Below the pieces are notes generated by a model, which saw only the letters and a list, made by a program, of their open reading frames with translations, was not told the DNA's origin and ran no database searches. A DNA stretch of 64,000 bases, from assembly GCA_013265495.1 (NCBI GenBank), contig MU060042.1, forward strand, positions 5,576,258-5,640,257, in the 5' to 3' direction. Every line of letters starts with the position of its first letter. Within the stretch, counting starts at the first letter, position 1. Positions 1-11,822 of this stretch are shown here, piece after piece. The DNA is from Vicugna vicugna (taxonomy: Eukaryota). A program made the position numbers and the translations under genes.

Positions 1-29
1 GCTCACCCACACAAACCCTTTCCTCCTTG

Positions 30-320
30 CCTCTGTCTTCACAGTGCTATGCCCTCTGCCTAAAATGTCTGTCCCCAAGTTATTCACCCAACTCCTACTC
101 ATCCTTCAAAACATAGCTCAAATGGTGCCCCTTTCAGAAAGACTCGCAGACCTCAAGTCTGACTCAGACGATGCTGTTTCTCCCAGACAAGCCTGCAGAG
201 GAAATCGCACTTTCACATTGTCACTTAGCTCCTACAACGCTAGGTGTGAATCAGTAAACTCTTTCTCTAAAATGTACTCTGGACTCAAAAGGATTTTCCC
301 CAGGAACTAATAAGAAGGTA
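30..320 (+). mobile_element. Degenerate L2 LINE 3' fragment
   Basis: 'gccctctgcctaaaatg...ctcctactcatccttcaaaacatagctcaaatggtgcccctttcaga' resembles the remembered L2 3' consensus; no alignment was run. Confidence 0.5.
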
Positions 321-326
321 GCAAAT

Positions 327-430
327 AGCCAGAAGACACGGTTTAAGTCCCAGTGCTGACAGTTACTCCCTGCCCTGCTGCACGCAGCCTCCAACCTTCT
401 AGTCTCAGCTTTTTCGTGTGTAAATGGGGG
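327..430 (+). mobile_element. Degenerate MIR SINE
   Basis: 'ggtttaagtcccag...ctcagctttttcgtgtgtaaatgggg' matches the MIR core pattern (ggttcaaatcccag...cctcagtttcctcatctgtaaaatggg). Confidence 0.5.
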
Positions 431-443
431 TTGCAGTGTCTTC

Positions 444-805
444 TCAGGACAGGGGAGACGGGCGATTTCCGCTATGTTGGGGGGTCGTGCACCGTGTGAC
501 CTGAGTGCAAGGGGCCACACCTGCATCGTGTTCCAGGCACAGAGCAAGAAACCCAGTGGCCTCCCAGTGCCACCGCCTGCCCGGCTCCCACAGCAACCAG
601 AGCCAGACCGCCAGCTGGGAGCCAGAGAAAATCTGTTCTCCAATCCAGAGGCTGTCTGTGCACACGCTGTCTCCATTGCTCTGAAAGTGGCGTGGAAAGA
701 GCCAGGCGTAGTCGTGCCAACCTGGGTCTGCAGCCGCCCGGTCCCCTGCAGACACGGCTCTCGTCCTGAGATGGGACCTGCTCAAGCTGGTCACCTGCAC
801 ACGAT
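444..805 (-). CDS. Candidate exon 3 of a hypothetical minus-strand transcript (coding status unproven)
   Basis: Strong acceptor ctgttttcatgcttttag|AT at 807-806. The frame is open to a stop at 444-446 and is phase-1 compatible with the 1679-1766 exon. A possible internal donor CAG|gtgtgg lies at 520. No recognised homology. Confidence 0.2.
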
Positions 806-1678
806 CTAAAAGCATGAAAACAGGGAGCCAAAGCTAAAGTGGAAAAGCAGGAGCTCCCCGAGACCCTGGAACAATGCTAAACCTGTCTCCTGTGTCCAGA
901 GGGACCCCCCCCCGCAGGGGGGACCGTCCCCCCGCTGGTTCCTTGACTTTGCTGCTGGTGTTCTTGGCTCAGGGGGCGGGACCACTGGACGCGCGGATGG
1001 ACGTGAACGGCTCGGACCCAGGCGGCCCGTCCCACCTTCGGTCTCATCCGACTCACTCTGCCTTTTGTCCACCATTAGGTAAAAACCAGAAACAGAGCTT
1101 GTCTGGGCGAAGACGGCAGAGGACGGCGTGGAGCATGACAACGTGAGCCTTATTTAGGCCCCTTCTGTTTACCTGCTCCTACTTAGCTGGGTGACCACAG
1201 GACGGTCCGCGGAGGGCGACAACCATCTCCCTCCGACACGGAGCCTTTTGAAAGCAGCGCTGCATAATTGTCCTGCAAAGCATTTGGGGAAGCCAGGCTG
1301 CTAATTAACCGCCAGTGCATCAATTAGTCATAGCAGCTGCGATAATACCAGACAGCGCTGTGGAGGTGCGTGCGCCGCGCGCCCTCGCCGGCGCCGGAGC
1401 TTTCCTTTTTCTAAGCTTTTGCCTTGGAGATTTAATAATTTATCCCTAACGAACCTGGCCTTTCTGTTTCTCCAGTACGTGGGGCATTTAAATGACTGAA
1501 AGAAACGATGTTATTAACACCATTTTGCTTTAAAGAAAACTTTCAACGTTAAGAACCATATTTTGTGTGACTGTTTCCACACTCGGTTTCCAGAGGTGGA
1601 CATTATCAGTGAGGCTCGAGAGGTGGGCGAAGACCGTGGTAAGTGGTCAGGGTGGGGATGAAAATACACGGACCTCAC

Positions 1679-1766
1679 GTTCCTTTGGGTGGTGATCTGA
1701 CAACATTTCATGAAAATGCAGTTCATCTCCTATAAGGTACATGAGCTGATGCAGCACGTAGGCCGT
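1679..1766 (-). CDS. Candidate exon 2 of the hypothetical minus-strand transcript (TAYVLHQLMYLIGDELHFHEMLSDHHPKE)
   Basis: Acceptor ttaccttcactcctag| and donor AAC|gtgagg; 88 nt with only one of three frames open. Confidence 0.3.
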
Positions 1767-1924
1767 CTAGGAGTGAAGGTAATTCACAGCAAAGCAGGAC
1801 TGCTCGCAATAGCGCATGACTCCTCTACTGGGATAGGAGAAAAGTATACGTAAAAGTAAATCTATTGGCTGAAGCAAATTCCAAATAATAAAAAAGCCTT
1901 GCAAGAGGGGACTCCAGCTGCCCA

Positions 1925-2830
1925 CGCCCCCGGACGTGCTCTCACAAACGAGGGCTTGGCGCCCCACCTGGCCCCCGGGGGCGGACTGGGCCGCGCGCTC
2001 CTCCAGGCCCCGCGCCTTCCCCGCCCCCCTTCGCGGCTTCTCTGGGACCCCCTGATGGTCCCTGAGAGCGCGGGGCCTCTGGACCTCGCACACAGCCCGC
2101 GCGCTCGCGTCGTGCAGAATCCCGCAGTCCCGTCCGTGGGCTGGCTTGCCGCGACGAGGGGGCCGGTGCTGGGGGGGACAGGGGCTGCGTCCCCTCCGGG
2201 GGCCCCTCCACTTCCCCGCGTGGCTGACGCGGAGCACCGAGCCTGCGTCCGAGGCGAACAGAGACCCCGGCCCGGCTCACCCGCGCAGCGGCCGGGAGCA
2301 CGTCCTCGGGAGCGCGCCCCACGCGGGCGCCCCGCCGGCCCCGCTCTGGTCTCCGCCGGGCTCCGTCTGCAAGGCGCTCTGGATCCTGGCAGGAAGCGCC
2401 CGCTGGCCCCCTGCCCGCCCCGTCACGCTGCCCGGCGGGCACGACCTGCGTCAGCGCCGCGCCGCCCCGGGGGTGCACGCCAGGCGGGCCCCGCGCCGCG
2501 TGCCGCGTGCTCGTGGCTGTGCGGGCGGGCGGGCGGCCCTTGTGTCTCAGCCACAGGTGTCGCCTGCGGATTCCGTGGATCAGCGGTCGCCTCGGCCTGG
2601 ACCCCGGGTGCCCTGACCCACCTGCTGGCCGCGGTCTGGCGCAGAACAGGGGGCTCCAGCGCCGACCCTGAGGGTCTTCCTTGCAGAGAAAACGCCAGAG
2701 GTAGGGCAGGCGGCTTCCAGGTCCCTTTAGAAAGCGAAATACTGTGACAGCCCTTCGGGTAAACAAGGCGGCCGCCTCCGTGAGGAGGGAAGCGAGGTGT
2801 GGGGCAGGGGCGGGTCTCACCCACGTGGCT
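1925..2830. promoter_or_regulatory. CpG island, probable promoter (possibly bidirectional)
   Basis: About 900 bp of very high GC and CpG density. A GC box (ggggcggg) lies near 2807 and ATTGG at 1864-1868. There is a minus-strand donor CGG|gtgagc at 2281/2280 and a plus-strand donor GAG|gtaggg at 2700/2701. Confidence 0.8.
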
Positions 2831-5800
2831 GTCGGTTCTGGCTCCCTGTGGCCTGCGGCCCTTCACCCCGTGTTAAGCAGGTGGACACCCTCCCATTCTG
2901 TGGAGGGCACGGGGCGCACCGCCCAGGGGTGGGCGTCCCAGCACGGAGACACCCCCTTCCTGTCGGGTCTCAGCCTCGGGGAGCGGGCCCCCAAGGGACA
3001 CACACATTCCCGCTCCTTGGCTTTTTGGCTCTGGGACCATCGCCCCTTCCATTTACAGCACATGGCATGGAAAAGGCCGCACGTCATCTTTCACGCGTCC
3101 GTCTGCTCACGGCTCAGCCCCAGGGACCCTGGCCGCCCAGACGCTCAGGTAGCTGCACAGCTCTCCCCGGGAAAATCCGGGACAGTTCCATCTCCCAGCA
3201 GAAGTCGCCGGGACACCACCGATCTTTAAAATCCGAACATCTGGTCAGTCCCCTCCTCCCACATGGGTAAACAGAGCTGCGTTAATAAAGCCGTGTTTCA
3301 AACTGGTGAAGGCAGGTTGTTTTTGCGACTCAGGATGGCGCTGGGAGGATGTGCCGGCCCCGGGAAGGCCCGCGGGGCCATGGACGTCTGGGCTCATCGG
3401 TCCTTTTAAACAGCAAACCGCTTGTAGGGATGTTAAATACTTCTTTTTTAAAACCAATGGCAAGACAGCCCTGGAGGTTCTGTTTCTCACTTTGTAAAAG
3501 GCAGGTTTCCTGAGGTTCTTGCATCGAGAGACAATTCAGTATTTTTTTTAGGCTTATGCAGTCATATTTGTAATTCCTATTTATCTACTGGGAATTGGGC
3601 TTTAGAAAAAATTAATATTTTGTTGGAAGAGGGGGCCAGGGGAGGGAGAAGAAGGTTTCCCTGGTTCTCGAACCCAGCAGGTAAACTGCCACTGCGTGAC
3701 CACAAGGACTTCCCCTCCGGCTCCTCCTAGATGGAATCAGGGGTCCCCCCACCTTTCCAGACGGACACTTGCTGCTGGGTGTGACAGAACAAGGTTCACC
3801 CTCCCCGCACCCTGCAAAGCCTGAGCTCTTTGGCTCCAAGCTGTCGGTGTGTTTCCGTAAAACAGAAGGCCATTTCCAGCCGCTGACCACCCCAGCGCTG
3901 TGGTCCAGCCGTTCTACATGGCAGCATCGGGTAACCGCAGTGCCCGAGCACCCCGAGGGGCCCGTGCTCCCGGTACCGGCACTCAGAGCCGGGGGACCAC
4001 AGGACAAGACGTGCCCTTCCTGCTGAGCAGAGCGTGGCCATCGGGGCTCACCCGGCACAGACCCAGGACCACCTGCTGCCCGAGGATGCGTGGACAGCAG
4101 GGAGTAACTGCGGTGACCGCCATTTTACGTAAAACAGGCTTTGTCCTTTATGTTGAACTGGTGGCAGTTCTCAGGGTCCAACAGGGCAGCTCATCCGAGC
4201 CTCATTCTCTTTTCTTTCCTCCTTACTCTCTTCGGCGCTCCCTGCTTTGGGAGGGGGCAGGCTGTTGACTGGGAAAGACATATTCACTGTTCGTCTCAGC
4301 AAACTCGGGCTGCCCGCGCCCGCTCCCGGTGCTGCCGAGAGCACCCAGGGGCACCTCCTGCCTCAAAGCTCACATTCACTGATTCTGACACTCCTGGTGT
4401 TCTTCTAGTTTAAAATGCATGTGGGTTGGATTTTGGACACTTTTTATACCCCCCTCTGGATTTGTGTTCTTGGTGCTGGAGGCATTGTCATCAAGATGGG
4501 GACACGTCTGACATCCCAGAACAGAGGTGGCCCACGGTGTCAGGGAAGGGTCCTACAGGGTCCTGAGGATACAGACAGCCTTGAACCCGATCAGCCCGCA
4601 GACCCGCCCTCCCTCCAGGCCTGAGTGTTCGCTCAGCACCCTCAGCTGAGGGGCGGCGTTGGGAGCAGGGGAGGAGGGGGCCGCCTCCTGTCCCCCAGCC
4701 CGCTCATCTGGGCCCACGCGGCGCCCACGCTCATGCGCGTGCACTCTAACAGGCGGGCTGGCAGGCTGTTTACTTAGTGTCTGTGGTAAACCGATTATAA
4801 AACCTGCATCTGAATAAATAAAATAAATAAACACACACCAATTTAAAAAAAACCCGATTCTTACTCTTGGGGAACCGTTTGGTCCATGTCGTCCTCACCA
4901 CTGCGTTTTAGATTTTCTCCAGCGCATAGGCTCTGGTGAAATTTCTTTGAAAAGCCAAAAAAAAAAAAAAAAAAACACACACTGTTTGGCAATTTCATCA
5001 CTCCAGGTGTGATTTAAAAAAAATCTTCCATTATTGTGTGTCATTTGGTTAAGTCTCCATCAAACCCTTTTCAAATTCAAAGCAGCCAACTCCACAATAA
5101 GTAACCACAGCCCAGCATTAGGAATCACGGTTTTTTCTTAGAGTTAATTGAAACTGATGTGTTTTGAAATCATAGTGGGGGTTTCTCAAGAAAAGTGCTG
5201 CGTGTTATTCAACCTGGGAGCGCAGCGCAGGCCGGAGTCAGCACGCCTCGTGCCCGCGGTTGGTCCTGTTGGCACCGGTGAGCCCGGCGCCGCAGCCTCT
5301 CCCAGTGGGTAAATATTTAAATTACATGTGTGTCAGCGCACAGGCAACCTGAAAGGAACCTGTTCTTTCTCCTCCTGCCGTCCGCTGTGCCTTCTGAATG
5401 CAGCGCCAGGTCAGTGGAGACGCCTTTCCCTAATGACAGAGCAGGGGCCCTGGCGAGGCTAACCTCCCCCTCCCTCGCCTCAGGACTGGCTTCTCCAGGC
5501 CTGGTGGGGCGTCTCCAATTACCAGCATCGCAGCTTTGCCCAGGTTCAGTGCTAAGAAGTAAATATTGGAATGCTCAGTGGCAAGGATGCATGAGCGCAG
5601 AAGGTGCAGGTTTGTCTTGCTGGCCGGGTCCAGCCAGTGCCACTGTCTAGAGCTCCGTGCATGCCACACATTTTCCGCAACGATCGTCACGTTCCTTTTT
5701 ACCTTATTCGCATTCCACCACCCCTTCCGTTGTTTCTGGAGTTAATCCATGGCATCCAAAGTGCGTCTGGGCTGCAAAACCCGCTGGGAAAGCCCTCCAG

Positions 5801-8624
5801 ACCCGTCACGGCGCCGGGATGGGAATGGAATGGAGCGATACCCCAGCCGGTCAACGTGAGGGTGTTGCAGTCTGTTAACCACAACAGCCTGGTTGCATTT
5901 CACGCACCGCACAGCTAAACAGACTACCTGGCCAGCAGTGCCGTAGCGACGGGAGATGGTCCTTCCGAAGCTGAGCTCCGAGGTGGATACCAGAGAGTGC
6001 GTCTGGGGAGGAGACTGGGTTCTTGGCGCAACGAGAAATGCCCAGAGAGCTGGGGAGTTTGTAAGGCTCACGGGTGCCGACGCTTGGGGCCCCTCTGAGA
6101 GATGCGATTGGCTCCTTAAGTAGATCCCAGGTATTTGATGGAGAAGGACCTGCTTTGGGCCTGAAGGTACCAACAGCCTGGGATTCAGCTGATGTGACAT
6201 GCGACATGCTCAGGAGATGCGTTCTGGGGCCCAGGACCAGAATTCAGACCCCCAGATCTTTCTCCACACCCACAAACCAAGTAGAATTCTCAAAACCCTG
6301 TCACTGCCTTGTGAAAGGTCTTCCATTGTTCCACAAAGGGCTGCAGAGTTGGCCCTTCCGTCCTCATGGATGCGACTGACGTCAGAGTGAGTGAAAAGCT
6401 GGCGGACCCTCGGCAGAGCGGGGACCTCTGCCCACAGAGCGGCTGCTCTGATACAGGGCTCCCTGTGTCCCCTCTTTTATTCCCCTCAACCCCACCCTCC
6501 GTGTAATAAGGAAATCACACTTTGCTTTGTTTTACAAAAGGATGCAGTCAGGCACTCACCTGGCCTTGAATAAAGCAGGAGAGACAGACCCAGGGGAAGG
6601 TCCCCATCACCTCCTGGCAGGAGCGAGGACTGAAGTGCCCAGAAGTCGGCTCTGAACTCCATCTCTTCCGTGCGACTCACCGTCCACCTGCAGCGACCTC
6701 TGCTTCCTCAAGACCTGGGGACTGTGCTCGACTGAGAAAGGAGACTTTCCAGCATGAATTATTTCTGAGCAAAACTACAATTTGACATACTTTTAAATGT
6801 AAATAAGCTTTATAATTTAGTTTTTAATTGATTTAACCATCAATCCTCACCTTCCAATGAATCTCAGCCAAAAACGTAGCGATTTCTTTTTTGGACAAGA
6901 ACGGAAGTTCATTCTGTGTCTTTGCTCCAAAATGCACATTTAGCAAAAAGGCGTTTCAAGGGTTCTCTCCCTCCCCTCACCATCTCCCCGCCTTGCGGGA
7001 AAGGCTAACACGCTGGCAAGTCCAGCGGCGGGGCAGAAACTCATCATTATTGAGCGAGACCATTTCCATCTGAGAGATCATGTCTTCTGGGACGTCCCGG
7101 AGCGACGTGTCCCTACGCAGCCAGCGCAGCCGGAGGACAGAGGAGCCCGGGGCCCGGGGCCCTCTGGGACCACATCTGAAGTCATGGGGGGACAGGATTC
7201 CTCTCTAGTGTAGTTCTGGGGCCCGATGGGGACTCTATGGCGTAGGGGCCCTGAGACCATTCGGTCTGGGCGTCTTGTCTCCTCCCAGGAGAAGCCCTCG
7301 GAGGGTCAGTGGTCTCGGGCCTTCCTTGTGCCAGTAAGGCTCTCGCCTCACAAAGTTCCCAGACCCGCTGCGGTCCCCGCTTTTCTACGCCTCCTCCCCT
7401 TTCTTCCCAGCAGCCACCTTGAGACCCTCTGAAAAGATGGAAGGAAGGCCACGCGGCCCACTGTTTGCCCAGAGAAGCCCTTGAAATTCAAGATACTTTT
7501 CGGTCTTACCTCCCGCCTTTTAGAATCCAGAAGCGACTTCTTCCAACCCTGAAACCCTCTTGACATCTCACCTGTTTTGATTTTTTTTCCTTTTATTTCT
7601 ACTTGAAACCCACCAGCAGTTGTCTGAGCTCACCTCCTGCTTGGAACGCCTCCCCGGCAGTGGCTTGGCTCTTCCAGAAGACCCCCTGCGGCCAGAGGCT
7701 CGGTGACGAGGTCTCCCTTCCAAGTCCTTGTGGGCAACAGTCCTGCCAGTGTTCCTTTCCGCGTTCAGTGGGCCCCCACGCCTGCCCTGCCGACTTCTCG
7801 CCACCCGTCCGCAGAGCGCCAGAGCCGGGCTGTAGTTTCAGGTTTCTATTACATCCGCACCCCCTTCCAAATCGAATAAGGATAAGCCCCCGAGTCTCAG
7901 GGGTTTAACCAAGTGAGTTCCCATTCACATAGAATCCAGCGTGGCCACTTCCACGGGCCACTGGCCACCTTCCACATGGCCATTCTGGAGCCAGGCTCCT
8001 TCCGTCTGACCACTTAACCCTCCTCCAGGGCTCCAGACGTCCCTGCGCTCAGCCATGGGTGGGCAAGGCCACCAGCTCTTTTACACCTCGATGCAGAAGA
8101 GACCTACGTAACCTCCACTCTGCTCCACTGGTGACAACCAGTCCCCGGGCTCCACCAAGATGCCTGGGGCTGCAAAGGAGCCCGAGAGCAGCTCCCCACT
8201 CTGGACGAGGAAACCCAAATCGCTGAAGCCTTCTGTGCCGAGTGCCCTGCGAGGGCGCTTTGAAAATGCAGTGATAGGAAGTCTGAAGCGAGAAACAGAA
8301 GACAGTCAGATGGCTCGGAACGGCAGAGACAGGAGGGCTCAGTGCGGCTTCAAGTGCATTCACTTCTGGTGGGCCCAGCGTGGTCGCGGGTGTCTGCTCT
8401 GTGCCACGTGGCCGTGGGGACGGAAGGGCCCTTCCTGCTCACTTAGGTGGCAAACCTGGAGACCCCGGTCTCCTTCTCACTGGAAACGTCAGAACTGTGT
8501 GTAGATTCCCCTGAGCAGTTACACCTCCTGCTCAAACTCTGCTCCACACTTTCCAAGTGAACACATCATCTTCTTAGAAACAGTTCTGGCTCAGTTTGGA
8601 ACATTTTGCCCACCAATTTTGAAG

Positions 8625-8760
8625 TACATCCAATCTTTTCACAGGCATGTTATGAACACCGACCACATGCCCAGCCTTGGGCTAAACACCGGAGCTAGAA
8701 AGGAAGACCCAAGCTGCTCTTGGAAACCAAGTCTTCTGGGCAAGGTGGCCTGTAGGACGG
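8625..8760 (-). mobile_element. Degenerate L2 fragment
   Basis: 'catccaatcttttcacaggcatgttatgaacaccgaccacatgcccagccttgggctaaacaccgga' resembles the antisense L2 3' end (cattcattcaacaaacatttattgagcacctactatgtgccaggc). Confidence 0.45.
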
Positions 8761-11304
8761 GAGATATGGCATGCTTGGTGCCAGGAGGGACGCGGGAAGA
8801 AAGTGGGGGCAGTGGCTTCAGAGGTCCTGCAAATTCCCTCACCCTCACTGTCCGTGTGGAAAGGGCACGTTTACTTGTTCGGTGACAGTCAGTACCCCAG
8901 TGTGAAGTCAGAAACGTAAACTGACAAGTACACAGTGTCAAGCGGGGACAGGAACCGGCGATTTTGAGAAACAGATCTGTGTTTATTGATTATCTCTAGA
9001 CGGGGTTGGGGTACAGCAGTGGCGACATGACACCCAAAACAAAACAGAAAGGGGGCTGGTTCTAGCTCACCCGTCAACACTTGCCATCGCTGGACAACTT
9101 GCGGCTCTGGGCAGCCCACTGCCTGCACCCCGTCTGCTAAACAGAGGTGCCAACTCCCCTCTCCCGTGAGGATGCTGGCAGGTGGGAGCCAGGGTTGCTG
9201 TGGTAACCCCTAGCCGCAAAGGCTGTCTCCATCCCCAGGCCCCAGCTGGCTCCGCCTCCCAGCCTCCAGCCCTGGTCCACCCGTGGAGCTGTCCGTGGTC
9301 CTCACGCTCCTCCGGGCTCAGCCTCCGAAGTATCACTCAACACTCAGCTAAACTTTCCTTCTCGTGGAGTGTAATTACACATCCCCCTAATACGAGAGCG
9401 GGACCGCGTTTGAAGGGCTTCCGCACAGGTCGAATTGCAGCAGAGGTAACTGCTGGCAGCCTGAGGGACTGGGCCTCTGGAAACTTTATTTGCTATTCAT
9501 CATCCAAGCTGCAGAAAAATAGGGTAAGAAGTTTTAATTATCCCGACAGCCAGGGTTTCAAAGGCATGGAGACATCTGAGGCTGCCTGACAAGACTACTG
9601 GATGAGCTAAAGTCACCAGGAGAACAGGTGTGTGTGTGTGAGGCAGAATCTTCTCATCTTTTAAAAAGGTGGACCTTGACCCGCCCCCCCCCCCGTGATT
9701 TCAATCAGCACATCGTTGCCGCCTGTTTACAATCTACACAGAAAGGGAGTGAGTGGAGGCTGGTTCTTCACAGGGCTTTTGGGGATATTGGAAAAATTAA
9801 ATCCTCCCTATGTCTGTCACGTGGAGACGTGATGCTGGGACGTGTGAGCAGAAGGTTGACAGGGCAGAGCACCTGAGACACGGCGTCTGTGGGTGGTGAG
9901 GGAGGCCGGGGCAGCAGGTCAATGGTGGTGGCGCAGCAACAGAGACCTCAAGCCGGGAGGGGCTCTGCAGAGAAGACGGCCCTACGGTGCTGTCCCCACT
10001 GAAACGGGCAGGCACTTGCAGCCTTGCTCCGTCATCTAGTCTCTGGTGGGGTTGCTCCAGGCGGACCCCGCTGTGGACCCGCTGTGGGACCCCAGCAGCA
10101 CACCCCATGTCCAGTACGACCTCTGCCTTTTGGCTCGGCTCCGACTTCTCTCCGCTGTTGGCAATCCTCTGCTCCTCCTGCCGTGAGAATGGCCTTTTGG
10201 TGCACTTGCCAAAACCTCTCGCGATGGCTCGGGAGTCTGGTCACTGAAGGCGTCCCTCCTGCCTCCCCCTCTGGGGCTCGAAGCCTACTGGCTTCACAGC
10301 AAAGAATTCTGATTGGTGAGATTTCACTTCAATTGTTTTCAGTCAAATTAATGGAGAATGAAAGTACAAAACTTTATCTTCTTCTTCTAATGTGATATTT
10401 TATGTCCAGAATTATGTTATAATAAAAAATTCTCTGTGCTCTATAAAACAACTGATTTAAAGCTTGGAAAGAAATATCTTGGCTTCTTGGCTAACACCAG
10501 CTGCTAAAGGGCAGTAAAATGTTTATATGCACAAGAACACACATCCGAATCACCCAATCTCACAAAAATATTCTGTAATATCCATGCGTCACTTCTGTAG
10601 AAAGACTGAAGGGTGAAGATATATGGTGCCTGTAAAGATGTTTCTTCAAGAATTTCTACTTTTCCCCATCATTTCTGAATTAGCCACTTCCAATGATAAG
10701 TTTTTCGCTTTCTGTGCATTTTTACCACATCTCGATTTAAATGTATGAACTTATAATGCCCATCTACGTGACTATTTCAAAGAATTTGTATTAATGCCTG
10801 CTTTTGAATCACGAGATAGTGTTGTGAGTGGACAAAATCTTAACACAGTCCTTTTAAGTGGACACTAGCCTATCACATTGCCAAGTACCAAGAGGTGCGT
10901 GAGATTTCACAAACTCAAACAAAATAAAATGACACCAGGCACACAAATACTTCCTGGATAAATTCCAGTAACAAGATTTAATTTCAACAGATATTTTCAG
11001 CCAAGCTTTACATAGGAACCATGTTGATACACTTTAGGACCAGCCGGAGGGTCCCTAACTCCCACTGTGGAATCGAATAAACTGGAATAATGGGAGGGAG
11101 GGAGGAGGAAAAAATTTTTTTCCTTATGGAAAAAAATCCGACCACTAAATGCAGTAGCAGTGAGAGAAACTGGAAATCACCATTGCCACGCCTCCCTAGG
11201 TGGTGTCACAGATCCACACTGAGATGCTGAGATTGGTGGGAAAAGTTTGCAAAGAAACTGAGTATTTGTGTAATTTCGAGTCCCCCCCCCATCCCCCGAG
11301 GTAT

Positions 11305-11822
11305 GTATTAAATACAAAAGGAAAGCAGCGACTTCACTGCGGAGAGATCTGGCCGACACCCCTTCAGCCAAATGAGGCGCAGCGACACTGTGGACCTCCC
11401 AGCCGGATGCCCTGAGAATCGGGCGCCCCTTCTTGGGCACTCTTGCCAGGCATGCATGCCTTTGATCTAATCGGGAGGAAGCTGCGGGACTTCCTACAAA
11501 GCAACTGGCCAGCGCTCTTCACAAATGCCAAGGGTGCGAAAGACGAGGACTGGGGACCATCTCAGATAGGAAGCTGGGCGCCCTGACAGCCAAGCGCCGG
11601 AGGGGACCCCTGCTCGAGCCCAGGCAGGACAAGGGCCTTAGCAGGGAAATCAGTAAACTGGATGAGGTCTGCCGTGTCGTCGACAGTGTTGCCCAAACTT
11701 AACGTCCCCGTCTCAGAATTGCACCCTTGGAGTGCACCATGTCAGCATCGGGAGGAACATTCATAGATCACCACGTAATTTTTGCAGCTTCTCTGTAAGT
11801 CTAAAGTCACCTCAAAAAAATT
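11305..11822 (+). mobile_element. Ancient L1 (L1MC/L1ME-like) 3' UTR fragment
   Basis: 'aaaggaaagcagcgacttcactgcggagagatctggccgacacc' through to 'tttttgcagcttctctgtaagtctaaagtcacctcaaaaaaa' follows the L1MC4-type 3' consensus as remembered. Confidence 0.65.

Noticed and set aside
1899-2820. 282-aa and 292-aa ORFs across the CpG island as stand-alone genes
   Set aside because: Typical stop-depleted CpG-island ORFs, Arg/Pro/Gly/Ala rich, with non-ATG starts.
9797-10246. Protein-like minus-strand frames (RAIARGFGKCTKRPFSRQEEQRIANSG...)
   Set aside because: No convincing acceptor/donor pair or recognisable homology, and all three frames are open over part of it.
10900-10990. Possible ancient L1 ORF2 remnant
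   Set aside because: The resemblance is too short and degenerate to call without an alignment.
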